From contig JBBRAO010000014.1 in the NCBI GenBank assembly GCA_038206725.1, positions 192-64,191 of the forward strand: a DNA stretch of 64,000 nucleotides, written 5' to 3'. Origin of the DNA: Candidatus Kapaibacterium sp. Lineage in GTDB: Bacteria; Bacteroidota; Ignavibacteria; Kapaibacteriales; UBA2268. Below the pieces are notes generated by a model that worked only from the letters and a program-made list of their open reading frames with translations, made no database searches and was not told the origin of the DNA. Positions within the stretch are counted from its first letter, which is position 1, and every line of letters begins with the position of its first letter. This document shows positions 38,616 to 47,874 of this stretch, piece after piece. Made by a program: the position numbers and the translations under genes.

Positions 38616-39665
38616 ATGATATTCAAAACGCAAATAACTGAACGAGAACTAAAATTAAATAAACCGGTTTACCCCTTTTTTTTATTGGCTTTCGTTATGG
38701 TCATTGGTGTGGTTGGTTATTCAATTCTTTGGCAAGATACACCTGCTACATTACTTGATGCTTTTTATATGACATTCATAACCATAGCAACAATTGGATA
38801 TAGAGAAGTATATCCATTAACTGACGCCGGCAAGATATTCACAATGATTATTGCTGTTATTGGTATCGGGAGTTTGTTCTATATACTTGGTTCTTTGATG
38901 GAGAACTTAGTAATTGTGAATGTGTTTAACAATCGTGGGAAGAAAAAGATGAAGCAGAAACTGGAAAAAATCGCTGATCATATAATTGTCGTCGGTCACG
39001 GAAATGTGGGTAGATTAACTATTGTGCAGTTATTGAAAAATGAGCAAAAAGTTGTGTGCATTGATACCGATTTTCAACCAAAAATTATTGATGACACTAA
39101 CCCTAATTGTTTTTATATTGAGGGTGATGCAACAGACGAAGCGGTTTTGGAATTAGCCGGCATAAAACGGGCTGATGGATTGATTATTACTGCCGCCGAT
39201 CCTGCGGTTTCTATATTTGTCGCACTTACGGCAAGAGAAGTTAATCCTAATATCTTTATTGTTGCTCGTTCAAGTAGCGATAAAAATATATCTAAATTGC
39301 AAAAAGCGGGTGCTAACAGAACTGTTAATCCATATAATGCCGGTGGTCAGCGTATGGCAAATATGGTATTAAATAAAAATGTTATAGACTTTTTGGAAAC
39401 CAATTTGGGATCAAATATACCAAATTTGGCTATGGAAACAATTGATCTATCCGACAATAGCCCAATATTTAATAGATCCCTGCACGATTTGGATTTTAGA
39501 AACGCCACTGGTGTTACTGTTTTAGCAGTTCTTCGTGAGGGGGATGCTATCTTAAATCCAAAACCTCATTTTAAACTTGTTCGAGGTGATAAATTATTGG
39601 TATTTGGCACATTGGAAAGCATTAAAAAACTTTCCGATTTAAATTCAAATCTTTTGTTTAACTAA
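38616..39665 (+). CDS. K+ channel-type protein with a 2-TM pore domain plus RCK (TrkA_N/TrkA_C) domains and an atypical TIGYRE filter
   Basis: Pore helix/filter FYMTFITIATIGYREVYP. Rossmann HIIVVGHGNVGR. C-terminal TrkA_C-like region. Confidence 0.8.
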   Translation: MIFKTQITERELKLNKPVYPFFLLAFVMVIGVVGYSILWQDTPATLLDAFYMTFITIATIGYREVYPLTDAGKIFTMIIAVIGIGSLFYILGSLMENLVIVNVFNNRGKKKMKQKLEKIADHIIVVGHGNVGRLTIVQLLKNEQKVVCIDTDFQPKIIDDTNPNCFYIEGDATDEAVLELAGIKRADGLIITAADPAVSIFVALTAREVNPNIFIVARSSSDKNISKLQKAGANRTVNPYNAGGQRMANMVLNKNVIDFLETNLGSNIPNLAMETIDLSDNSPIFNRSLHDLDFRNATGVTVLAVLREGDAILNPKPHFKLVRGDKLLVFGTLESIKKLSDLNSNLLFN

Positions 39666-39678
39666 TTAAATTATTATT

Positions 39679-40986
39679 ATGGACCCAATTATATTATCTA
39701 GAATTCAATTTGCAATAACCATTGGTTATCATTATCTATTTCCTCCAATGAGCATAGGATTAGGAATCTTGTTGGTGGTGATGGAAGGTATATACCTGAA
39801 AACAAAAAATCCGCTTTATGAAAAGCTAACTAAGTTTTGGGTAAAGATTTTTGCACTAATTTTCGGTTTCGGAGTAGCTTCGGGATTTGTTATGGAGTTA
39901 CAATTCGGAACAAATTGGTCAACCTACAGCCGATTTGTAGGTGATGTCTTCGGTAGTCCACTTGCCGCAGAAGGACTTTTTGCATTCTTTTTGGAATCCG
40001 CTTTCTTAGCTATTCTAGTTTTTGGTTGGAAAAAGGTAAGTCCTCGGATGCATTTCTTCTCTACCGTAATGGTTGCTCTTGGCGCTCATTTATCAGCTTT
40101 ATGGATAATAGTTGCCAATTCTTGGCAGCAAACTCCTTCTGGGTATAATATCGTGACGAATGGAGCCTTTACAAGAGCGGAGATAACAGATTTCTGGGCT
40201 ATGGTTTTCAATCCATCTACCATTGATAGATTGAGCCACACTTTGTCAGCGGCGTGGATAACCGGAGCTTGTTTAGTTGCGGCAGTCTCAGCATATCATT
40301 TATTGAAAAAGATAAATATCGAATCAGCAAAGAAAACGCTAAAAATCAGTGTATATGTCCTACTCTTTTCTTCATTATTTCAGTTATACACCGGACATTC
40401 AAGCGCAAATGGCGTCGCAAAATACCAACCGACTAAATTAGCCGCTCTAGAAGGGCATTATAAAACCGGTCCCGCGGATATGTATTTAATAGGCTGGGTT
40501 AACGAAAAAGAAGAAGTTACTTATGGGATTAAATTACCCGGTATGCTTTCTTGGTTGGTCAGTTGGGATACTAAAACTGAAATAAAAGGATTAAAGGATT
40601 TTCCAAAAGGTGACAGACCTCCTGTAAACATAGTTTTCCAAACGTACCATCTAATGGTGGTGTTCGGCATATTTTTTATAGGAATTTCTTTGATTAGCCT
40701 TTTTATGTTCAAAGGTGGTAAATTATACCAAACGAAATGGCTATTATTGACCTATGTGTTTAGTATTTTATTTGCTCAAGCCGCAAACCAACTTGGTTGG
40801 ATGTCCGCCGAAATTGGGCGCCAGCCTTGGATTGTTTATGGATTACTTCGCACAAAGGATGCAGTTTCAGTTACTGTTTCAGGCGGGGAAGTGCTGTTCT
40901 CTGTAATTCTCTTCAGCACAATATACTTATTACTATTTTCTGTGTTTATGTGGCTAATGGTGAAGCAGGTAAAAAAAGAAGTTTAA
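39679..40986 (+). CDS. cydA: Cytochrome bd-type quinol oxidase subunit I
   Basis: LSRIQFAITIGYHYLFPPMSIGLG, AAEGLFAFFLES and GWMSAEIGRQPW are CydA signatures. Confidence 0.9.
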   Translation: MDPIILSRIQFAITIGYHYLFPPMSIGLGILLVVMEGIYLKTKNPLYEKLTKFWVKIFALIFGFGVASGFVMELQFGTNWSTYSRFVGDVFGSPLAAEGLFAFFLESAFLAILVFGWKKVSPRMHFFSTVMVALGAHLSALWIIVANSWQQTPSGYNIVTNGAFTRAEITDFWAMVFNPSTIDRLSHTLSAAWITGACLVAAVSAYHLLKKINIESAKKTLKISVYVLLFSSLFQLYTGHSSANGVAKYQPTKLAALEGHYKTGPADMYLIGWVNEKEEVTYGIKLPGMLSWLVSWDTKTEIKGLKDFPKGDRPPVNIVFQTYHLMVVFGIFFIGISLISLFMFKGGKLYQTKWLLLTYVFSILFAQAANQLGWMSAEIGRQPWIVYGLLRTKDAVSVTVSGGEVLFSVILFSTIYLLLFSVFMWLMVKQVKKEV

Positions 40987-40992
40987 ATAAAT

Positions 40993-41029
40993 AACTCATC
41001 CGAGTACTTCTTGGGTAATCGGATGAGTT
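40993..41029. repeat. ACTCATCCGA hairpin family, copy 1
   Basis: AACTCATCCGA / TCGGATGAGTT 11-bp stem, 6 nt after the cydA stop. Confidence 0.75.
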
Positions 41030-41040
41030 GTATAATATCA

Positions 41041-41083
41041 ATCTCTTATTAGAAGTGATTCTGATAAGAGATTATTTTTTTTT
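41041..41083 (+). terminator. Possible terminator (AT-rich stem plus T9)
   Basis: ATCTCTTAT / ATAAGAGAT stem followed by TATTTTTTTTT. The stem is weak. Confidence 0.4.
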
Positions 41084-42061
41084 ACTTCGAGTAAATATAC
41101 ACTATTTGTGAAATAGGCTCATCTAATAAGTTGTATTCAATCATTTCAATTTTATTACCTTGAGAATCGTATTTATAAGCATATTTCCACTCTAATGAAC
41201 CGTCATCGTTACGTTTAATTTCTGGATTATATTCCTTTTGTCATCATACTTGAAAGAATCTTTAGCTCCAAGTGTGTCACCGGCACTATACTCAACTTTT
41301 TCAATCATATTTTCTTGTGTATCATAAATGTAAATATATTTCGATGCTAGTGAATCTTTGGAAACATAATGCATTTGCTGAATTACACTATTGTTGGAAT
41401 TGTACAAATAACAATCCTTTGAACCAACAGAACCGTCCGGGTAATAGCTTATCATTTCAGCAAGGTTGTCGTTATCGTACGGATAAATATCATTGGAGCC
41501 AATGGAGCCATCGGCATTATATTGAATCTGCCCAACTAGCTTGTTTTTATTGTTGTATTTATAATTCAATTTCACATAATCAATAGCATCGACATTACAA
41601 TTTATTTGTTCGAATAAATTGCCATTTTCGTCATATTGATAAGTGTTCTTGAAGGCAATAGTACCATCACCATAGTATTGAATATGTTCTAAAATTTTGG
41701 CTTGATTATGATACTTGTAAGTATCTTTTGAATGCGTTGTTCCATCGTCGTTATAACTTGCTTTCTCAAGATTATTGCCCAATAAATCATAAAGATAGGT
41801 GTTCTTGGAACCTACTGAGCCATTGGAGTTATACCATATTTCTTCTAACACTTTTCCATTAGCGTCGATTCTAGTAAATTTGTTTTTTTCCTTTGTCTTT
41901 AAGTCAAGTTTCCCAAACTTGTAAGTATAGTAATAGGCTGTGCATTTTTTAAAACCGCCTTTAATATATTCTAAATTATCTTGAGAATATAATTCGGAAA
42001 ATTTAAAAAAAATGCTTATAACTAACAATAAAACTATGGCTCTTGTCATTGTGAGCACCAT
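41082..42061 (-). pseudogene. Secreted YD/MORN-like repeat protein, apparent 1-nt frameshift near the 3' end
   Basis: Signal peptide plus repeats of about 24 aa (..Y.YD..GN..E...Y..DGS..SK..). After ...RNIIQK the homologous tail IKRNDDGSLEWKYAYKYDSQGNKIEMIEY...VYIYSK continues in another frame down to 41082. The break is at an A3 run (plus strand 41219-41221). Confidence 0.65.
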
Positions 42062-42106
42062 TGGATTAATTTATATATAAAAAATTACTTTACATTTTAA
42101 TATATG

Positions 42107-42874
42107 CTATTTCATATAAATATAAACTCTCTTTTCAGTAGGTTCTTTAAGGTTTTTCAAATAATTGATTTCTTCAATTTTATTATTTTGAACATCGTAT
42201 TTATACTTAAACTTTTGATTTTGAGGGTGGTCCCATTGAATATGAATGATTTTCTCGATAATATTACGATTTTTGTCATATTTATACGTTATCTTTGAGA
42301 AAACTTTACCATCTGCTTTAGTAATTTGTTCTTCGATTTGATTACCTTTTTTATCGTATTTATATTTACATTTGATTTCTAATGTTCCGTCGCTATGATA
42401 AGATGTTTTTTCAAGTAACAAGCCTTTTTTACTATAACGAAATGATCCTTTTTTGTATATCGGATGTGACACAGCATCATTTACATCTTCCGATGCTCTA
42501 CCGGATTGTATAAGATTTCCATCATTGTCGTAAACGTAAAAATAATGATAATCTATATTTATAGTATCAATTCTACGATAACCCTTTATAGTATCAATTC
42601 TTCCTTGTGAATCATATAAGCTTGAATCTTTGGAATCCAATGAGCCATCAGGATTATAAACAATCCTTTTAGTCCATTTTCCAAAATCGTCATAAAGATA
42701 TTCGAATTCCTTGAACTTAGAACTTAAGTCCATTTTACCTAGCTTATAATCATATTTATAAACAGTACATTTTTTAAAAGCACCTTTAATAACATCGGGC
42801 AGGTCTTGGCTCAACGCCTTCGAAAAGAGAATAGCCAAGAGAATAATCGTAATGGTCAAAATCCGTACTAACAT
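42107..42874 (-). CDS. Secreted YD/MORN-like repeat protein (paralogue of 41082-42061)
   Basis: Same N-terminus (KGAFKKCTVYKY.YKLGKMDL vs KGGFKKCTAYYYTYKFGKLDL), same repeat type, and same C-terminal (V)YIY(M/S)K ending. Confidence 0.7.
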   Translation of the reverse strand: MLVRILTITIILLAILFSKALSQDLPDVIKGAFKKCTVYKYDYKLGKMDLSSKFKEFEYLYDDFGKWTKRIVYNPDGSLDSKDSSLYDSQGRIDTIKGYRRIDTINIDYHYFYVYDNDGNLIQSGRASEDVNDAVSHPIYKKGSFRYSKKGLLLEKTSYHSDGTLEIKCKYKYDKKGNQIEEQITKADGKVFSKITYKYDKNRNIIEKIIHIQWDHPQNQKFKYKYDVQNNKIEEINYLKNLKEPTEKRVYIYMK

Positions 42875-42971
42875 TTTTTTCTCCTTATTATTTCAATAAA
42901 TAATAAGCAAAAGTCAAGAAATTGAATTTTATATCTAACAAAGATATGAAAAAAAAATCATTAAAAAAAAA

Positions 42972-42993
42972 AGCAGAACAAAACTGTTCTGCT
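42972..42993 (-). terminator. Terminator of rpmB (bidirectional hairpin)
   Basis: AGCAGAACA-aaac-TGTTCTGCT flanked by an A10 run (a T-run on the minus strand) and TTTT. Confidence 0.7.
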
Positions 42994-43019
42994 TTTAAAA
43001 ACTTTATTATTAATAATGA

Positions 43020-43241
43020 TTATTTATATAAATCAATCATCATTGCTGTTAATCCTTTTTTCTCCAATGTTTTCAACGCTTTTGCAGTAGCTTTTACTGT
43101 TATCCAGCATTTTTCTTCAGCTACCCAAATACGTTTTTTTTGTAGATTCGGTAACCAGCGACGGCGAGTTCTATTATTAGCGTGAGATACATTATTACCA
43201 TATTGTACAGTTGTACCTGTTAATTCGCATACTTTTGACAT
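43020..43241 (-). CDS. rpmB: 50S ribosomal protein L28
   Basis: [37 protein letters not shown] is the canonical L28. I use the internal Met because the ORF-track start at 43274 adds 11 non-homologous residues. Confidence 0.9.
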   Translation of the reverse strand: MSKVCELTGTTVQYGNNVSHANNRTRRRWLPNLQKKRIWVAEEKCWITVKATAKALKTLEKKGLTAMMIDLYK

Positions 43242-43418
43242 TTTAAAACCTATATGTTTATCGTAAATTTTCAATATTTAGAATTACAAAATTACAAGTA
43301 TTTTTTATATTATCCAAATTAATTTGCTAATAATTATTAAATAAGTGGATAACTAAATAAAATAACGGAATTGACGTTATAAAAGAAAGTATTTTGTACA
43401 ATAATCAGAGTAGATAAA

Positions 43419-44120
43419 ATGAAAAATGTATTTTTGGGCCTTTTGTGCTTATTGTTGGCATCGCCCATCTTCGCGCAGTATAATCCTGAACTGACCCAGA
43501 AAAATTGTATTGACGTCAATGGTCAAGCAGAAATGGAAATCACTCCCGATGAGATATACTTTAGAATAAACCTATCGGAAGAAGTATTCAAAGGTAGAAA
43601 GGAACTAGAGGATATGGAACAGAAAATGACAAAAGCAATGGATAAATGCGGGATTGATGTAAAAAAAGACTTAACCGTTCTCGATTTTTCCAGCTCTTAT
43701 GATTACAATTGGTTTACCGGTACCGATGTTTACGCGCAAAAAAATTATCAATTACTATTACACGACGCCCAAACTATGGACAAGGTTTTTAAAGAATTGA
43801 AGGATTTGAAAATATCGAACATCCAACTGATGAAAGTGGACCATTCAAAAATAGAAGAATATAAAAAAGAAGTTGGGAAGATGGCGATGAAAGCCGCCAA
43901 AGAGAAAGCTGAGTATTTGCTCGATGCAATCGGCTCGAAGATTGGAGCAGTGATATACGTAAGGGAAAACGGCGCTTATGTAAATAGTTACCAAAACTAT
44001 GAAATTGCTAATGTAGCGATGATGAGAAAAAGTGAAGCTAATGACGGAGGCTCTATTCCACTGGACTTTAAGAAAATCAAATTAAATGCGGATGTGTTTA
44101 TTAAGTATGAAATAAAGTAA
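43419..44120 (+). CDS. SIMPL/DUF541-domain periplasmic protein
   Basis: Signal peptide. Size and pattern (GQAEMEITPDEIYFRINL..., AMKAAKEKAEYLLDAIGSKIGAVIYVRE) fit the SIMPL family. Confidence 0.6.
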   Translation: MKNVFLGLLCLLLASPIFAQYNPELTQKNCIDVNGQAEMEITPDEIYFRINLSEEVFKGRKELEDMEQKMTKAMDKCGIDVKKDLTVLDFSSSYDYNWFTGTDVYAQKNYQLLLHDAQTMDKVFKELKDLKISNIQLMKVDHSKIEEYKKEVGKMAMKAAKEKAEYLLDAIGSKIGAVIYVRENGAYVNSYQNYEIANVAMMRKSEANDGGSIPLDFKKIKLNADVFIKYEIK

Positions 44121-44128
44121 TACTATTA

Positions 44129-44162
44129 ACTCATCCGATGACCGGGGAGTCATCGGATGAGT
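44129..44162. repeat. ACTCATCCGATGAC hairpin family, copy 2 (probable bidirectional terminator)
   Basis: Perfect 14-bp stem ACTCATCCGATGAC / GTCATCGGATGAGT with loop CGGGGA, between convergent genes. Confidence 0.85.
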
Positions 44163-44170
44163 ATAAACTT

Positions 44171-45586
44171 TTACAATGTTACTCGAATTTTCGGTAAGGC
44201 TTTAATGATTTTTTCTTTTTCATCTTTGCTGATAGGATTATCGCTCAGGAATAAAATTTTTAAATTGTCCAATCCGCCAATCTCAGACGGTACATTTTTG
44301 AGCTGATTTTTGGACATCATTATTATTTTCAATCCCGACAATTTCAAAAGTGCTTTTGGAAATTCCGTAAGGTTATTATTATTTAAATTTATGGTTTCCA
44401 AAGATGAACAATTGCCAAATGATTCCGGAATTGATGAAATATCATTATCGCTTAAAATTAATTTTGATAAGGTTTTGCAATTTGATAGGGCAGAACCGAT
44501 TTCTTTAATTTTATTATTTGAAGCATCAAGCGATTGCAATGATTCGAAATTCTTCAAATATTCAGGTATAACCATCAGATTATTTTTGCTTATATCTAAT
44601 GAAGCAATTTTGGTTAATTTATCCAAATTGTACGGTAGTCTTTGATTGTTGGACAAATCAAGTTGTTTTATATTCAGCTTAGCAAATGATTCTGGCAGAG
44701 ATTCGATATTATTACTACTCAGGTTCAACTTTTTCAAAGATTTCAATTCGCTGAATTCTGTCGGTAATGATGTAATACTGCAAGATGAAATATCTAATAA
44801 ATTCAATCGGGTAAGTTCATTTATTTCGTTAGGAATTGATTTAAATGGGTTATTACTTAGCACCAATACGCTGAGGTTTTTGAGCAAAAATAGATTTGCC
44901 GATAACGAAGTAATTTTATTATATCCCAGATCCAAAACGGTTAATGTTGTACACCCTTTTAAACCCGCGGGTATCTCCGTCAGATCATTATTGTTAACCT
45001 GCAATTCGTTTAGGAGCTTTAATTCTGATATTTGCGATGGTAATGAACTTAATTTGTTCTTGTTTAAATTCAGACTTTTCAAATTCGTTAAAGACTTGAT
45101 ATCCTGACTAATATTAACTATTGTATTACCCGAAAAATTCAGTTTTTCTAAGGTAGTAATTTTAAAAACCACAGCAGGTATATTTGTAAATCTATTGGAT
45201 TCTAATTTTAATTCTTTGAGATTCTTGAAATTGGCTAAAAACGAAGGTAGATCGGAAAGGTCGTTATTTGTTAAATCGAGGTATTCCAAATTAACTAAAG
45301 TTGATAAATCCGCTGGAATTTCTTTAAGGTTTTTATTTCTTAGTGATAGCCTTTTTGCATTCTCGGGATTTTTCAAAATTTCTTCATAAGAATCTGTACT
45401 AACACCTGAAACTCGCTCTTCGCGTTTCTTCTTCATAGCATCGCGTCTTTGCTCAGGAGTTAAAGTATTAGTTTGTTTAGTGTCTTTCTGTTGATTATTT
45501 GATAGTGCAAGTAACTCGTTGCCGGTGGTAAAACATAACGTTATAACCAATACTACTAATAATGCTTTTATTTCTTTATATATCAA
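44171..45586 (-). CDS. Leucine-rich repeat (LRR) protein, secreted
   Basis: Signal peptide plus about 16 tandem 23-aa LRRs (L..L..L.L..N.L..LP..I). Confidence 0.85.
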   Translation of the reverse strand: MIYKEIKALLVVLVITLCFTTGNELLALSNNQQKDTKQTNTLTPEQRRDAMKKKREERVSGVSTDSYEEILKNPENAKRLSLRNKNLKEIPADLSTLVNLEYLDLTNNDLSDLPSFLANFKNLKELKLESNRFTNIPAVVFKITTLEKLNFSGNTIVNISQDIKSLTNLKSLNLNKNKLSSLPSQISELKLLNELQVNNNDLTEIPAGLKGCTTLTVLDLGYNKITSLSANLFLLKNLSVLVLSNNPFKSIPNEINELTRLNLLDISSCSITSLPTEFSELKSLKKLNLSSNNIESLPESFAKLNIKQLDLSNNQRLPYNLDKLTKIASLDISKNNLMVIPEYLKNFESLQSLDASNNKIKEIGSALSNCKTLSKLILSDNDISSIPESFGNCSSLETINLNNNNLTEFPKALLKLSGLKIIMMSKNQLKNVPSEIGGLDNLKILFLSDNPISKDEKEKIIKALPKIRVTL

Positions 45587-45608
45587 TTTTAATAACCCAC
45601 AAAATTAA

Positions 45609-46463
45609 TCAATTATTCTTTAATGAACCAAATATAAATCTTTCTTTATCAGCAAAATCTTTGTGTATAGTCGTTTCAAAATTATTCTTAAACAGTTCGA
45701 TAATTGCATTTTGCATATCATCGCCGAATTCCATTGCGAAAAGACCATTTTCTGAAAGAATACTAGGGAAAATCTCGGCAAATCGTCTGTAAAAGGTTAA
45801 CCCATCGCTAAAATCGGTCAAAGATATTTTTGGTTCGTAAACAATGACGTTCTTATCTAAGTTTTCATATAATTGTTGTGTAATATAAGGTGGATTTGAT
45901 ATAATTAAATCAAACTTCTTCAGGGGGATTTCGGTCAATATATCCATAAGTTTGAATTTGGCATTGGTATTGTTGAGCTCGGCGTTACCCTTGGCTGTTT
46001 TTAGAGCGTCAACTGAAACATCTATTCCATAAACGTTCTTTTCGGGAAAACTTCTAGACAGGCTGATGGCTAAACAACCCGATCCTGTGCCTATATCCAA
46101 AATATCAACTATATCCGGACGATCTTGTAAGCGTTTTATAACTAAATCCGCTAATTCCTCGGTTTCAGGGCGGGGGATTAACACCGATGGATTGACTTTG
46201 ATTTCCAAATCCATAAAAGGAGTTTTCCCGAGAATGTACTGAAAGGGTTCATTCGCGGCGGCTCTTTTTACATAAGAATTCAAGAGTGTCAATTCATCTT
46301 TCGACAATGGTTTGTCGAAACTTAGATACAGCTCAAAACGCTGAATTTGTAAAACATCGCAAATAAGCAAATCTATTAAAAGTCGGGGCGATTCTATATT
46401 ATGTTTGCAGAAGTAATCAGTGCCCCAGTTGATTACATCTATTATTCGCCAGATTTTTTCCAT
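45609..46463 (-). CDS. prmC: Release factor glutamine N5-methyltransferase
   Basis: ILDIGTGSGCLAISL SAM motif, IISNPPYI catalytic motif, and HemK-type N-terminal domain. Confidence 0.85.
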   Translation of the reverse strand: MEKIWRIIDVINWGTDYFCKHNIESPRLLIDLLICDVLQIQRFELYLSFDKPLSKDELTLLNSYVKRAAANEPFQYILGKTPFMDLEIKVNPSVLIPRPETEELADLVIKRLQDRPDIVDILDIGTGSGCLAISLSRSFPEKNVYGIDVSVDALKTAKGNAELNNTNAKFKLMDILTEIPLKKFDLIISNPPYITQQLYENLDKNVIVYEPKISLTDFSDGLTFYRRFAEIFPSILSENGLFAMEFGDDMQNAIIELFKNNFETTIHKDFADKERFIFGSLKNN

Positions 46464-46525
46464 ATTTTACGCAATTAGTTAAGCAAAAATAAGAAAAAAT
46501 GAAGAATAAATGAGAATATTATTCT

Positions 46526-46559
46526 ATTCATCCGATTACTACCCCGTCATCGGATGAGT
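46526..46559. repeat. ACTCATCCGATGAC hairpin family, copy 3 (inverted orientation, degenerate left arm)
   Basis: ATTCATCCGATTA ... TCATCGGATGAGT with loop CTACCCCG. It resembles the reverse complement of copy 2, including the C-rich loop. It lies in a divergent intergenic region, so it is not simply a terminator. Confidence 0.7.
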
Positions 46560-46647
46560 TTTCCGCTATAGTATTTTAATCCTCAATTTTGACATTATTA
46601 TAATTATCCGTAATTTTACATTTTATAATAAAATTAAAGTATAAGAA

Positions 46648-47607
46648 ATGGAAAAGATACTAAACGTTTCAGAATTAATTGAAAAATACGACATACCTGA
46701 TTTCGAACAGGCTGTTAGAATATATGAAAAGTTGGGAATCAAAGTAGGTGTTGCGGTTATATTAACTTCCGACGATGCCGGTTCGGTATCATACACCAAG
46801 GGAATACGCAGGTTCTGCGCGAATTTTAACATCACCTTTCGAGATTTACGAGCCAATACCGCTCAGGAACTTACGGATTTAATAAATGAATTGAATGACG
46901 ACGATTCCGTTGATGGTATTATGGTTATGTACCCGACAATGTTTTCTGATAATGATGCTCAATTTATGAACCAGATTAATCCGGCTAAGGATATTGAAGG
47001 TTTGCACAATACATATTTAGGTTACTTAGCTCAATTTGAGAAATTCCGTGACCCCAATAAATTGCAAAAGCTAGTTATCCCACCCACTTCGAAGGGCATA
47101 TTGTATATAATAAAACGTTATCATTCAATTTATGAAAAATATAAAAAGGCGAACGGTCATTATCCCGATTATCGTTATAGCAATCCTTTCGAAATTGAAG
47201 GGAAGCGCTTTACTATTATTAATGATTCGTTAGCTGTTGGTCGTTCGTTGGCATTGATGTTGCTCAACGAAAACGGTTCAGTGCAAATTTGCCACAAATA
47301 CACTTCATATTACGATATTTTGCGCCACGCAAGTACCTCGGATTTCATAATCTCCGCCGTTCCATCCGACGATTTTGTAATTCCAACCGAGGTAGTACCC
47401 GAAAATGCGATAGTAATCGATATATCATTCAGCGGTAACTTCGAATACCCGAGCATAATAGAGAAATGTTACAAAATTGCTCCGCGCTGGGATTTGGTCG
47501 AAAAAGGCAATCGCATAAACGACATCACATTATACCGGCTAATCTCGAACTTGTTCTATCTGGTTAACGCCAAAATAGACCCCGAGGTTTTGAAAACAGT
47601 TTGCTAA
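46648..47607 (+). CDS. Divergent FolD-like methylene-THF dehydrogenase/cyclohydrolase family protein
   Basis: GVAVILTSDDAGSVSYTKGIRRF, DGIMVMYP, PAKDIEGLH and PPTSKGILYII align to FolD landmarks. It is 319 aa with an insertion and an altered Rossmann segment (IINDSLAVGRSLA). Confidence 0.6.
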   Translation: MEKILNVSELIEKYDIPDFEQAVRIYEKLGIKVGVAVILTSDDAGSVSYTKGIRRFCANFNITFRDLRANTAQELTDLINELNDDDSVDGIMVMYPTMFSDNDAQFMNQINPAKDIEGLHNTYLGYLAQFEKFRDPNKLQKLVIPPTSKGILYIIKRYHSIYEKYKKANGHYPDYRYSNPFEIEGKRFTIINDSLAVGRSLALMLLNENGSVQICHKYTSYYDILRHASTSDFIISAVPSDDFVIPTEVVPENAIVIDISFSGNFEYPSIIEKCYKIAPRWDLVEKGNRINDITLYRLISNLFYLVNAKIDPEVLKTVC

Positions 47608-47841
47608 AGATTTACGAATTACGACCGGTATCGGAGGCATCGCATTCCCGACCTGATTGGAAATCCGGATTGGATAGCAACGATTTTCAAGTCTCTAGGT
47701 AAATGAAAATCCACGAGAATCGGTTTTAGCCAAATTGTCAAAAACTATTCTTAAACCACGACTTAAAAATTGTGGCAATTGAAGATTATTTTCCAATTTT
47801 AAGAACAATTATTTATATTCCCCAAAAAAATGTTAATTTTG

Positions 47842-47874
47842 AATCCATAGCCCAAAGCTATGGATTGTTTTTTT
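47842..47874 (+). terminator. Terminator-like hairpin immediately upstream of murC
   Basis: AATCCATAGC-ccaaa-GCTATGGATT perfect 10-bp stem followed by GTTTTTTT, ending 13 nt before the murC ATG. Confidence 0.6.

Noticed and set aside
42922-43185. 87-aa plus-strand ORF.
   Set aside because: It is antisense to ribosomal protein L28 and spans the rpmB terminator. It is spurious.
43242-43274. N-terminal extensions proposed by the ORF track for rpmB (43274), scpB (61536) and the secreted protein (49958).
   Set aside because: The internal Met gives the canonical N-terminus (MSKVCELTG for L28; scpB directly after the kinase stop; a signal peptide MRSFISIF...). The longer forms overlap neighbouring genes.
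44171-45586. Regular periodicity of about 69 nt that could be mistaken for a repeat array or CRISPR.
   Set aside because: It is the coding periodicity of 23-aa leucine-rich repeats in one long ORF. The units are divergent at the DNA level and there is no repeat-spacer structure.
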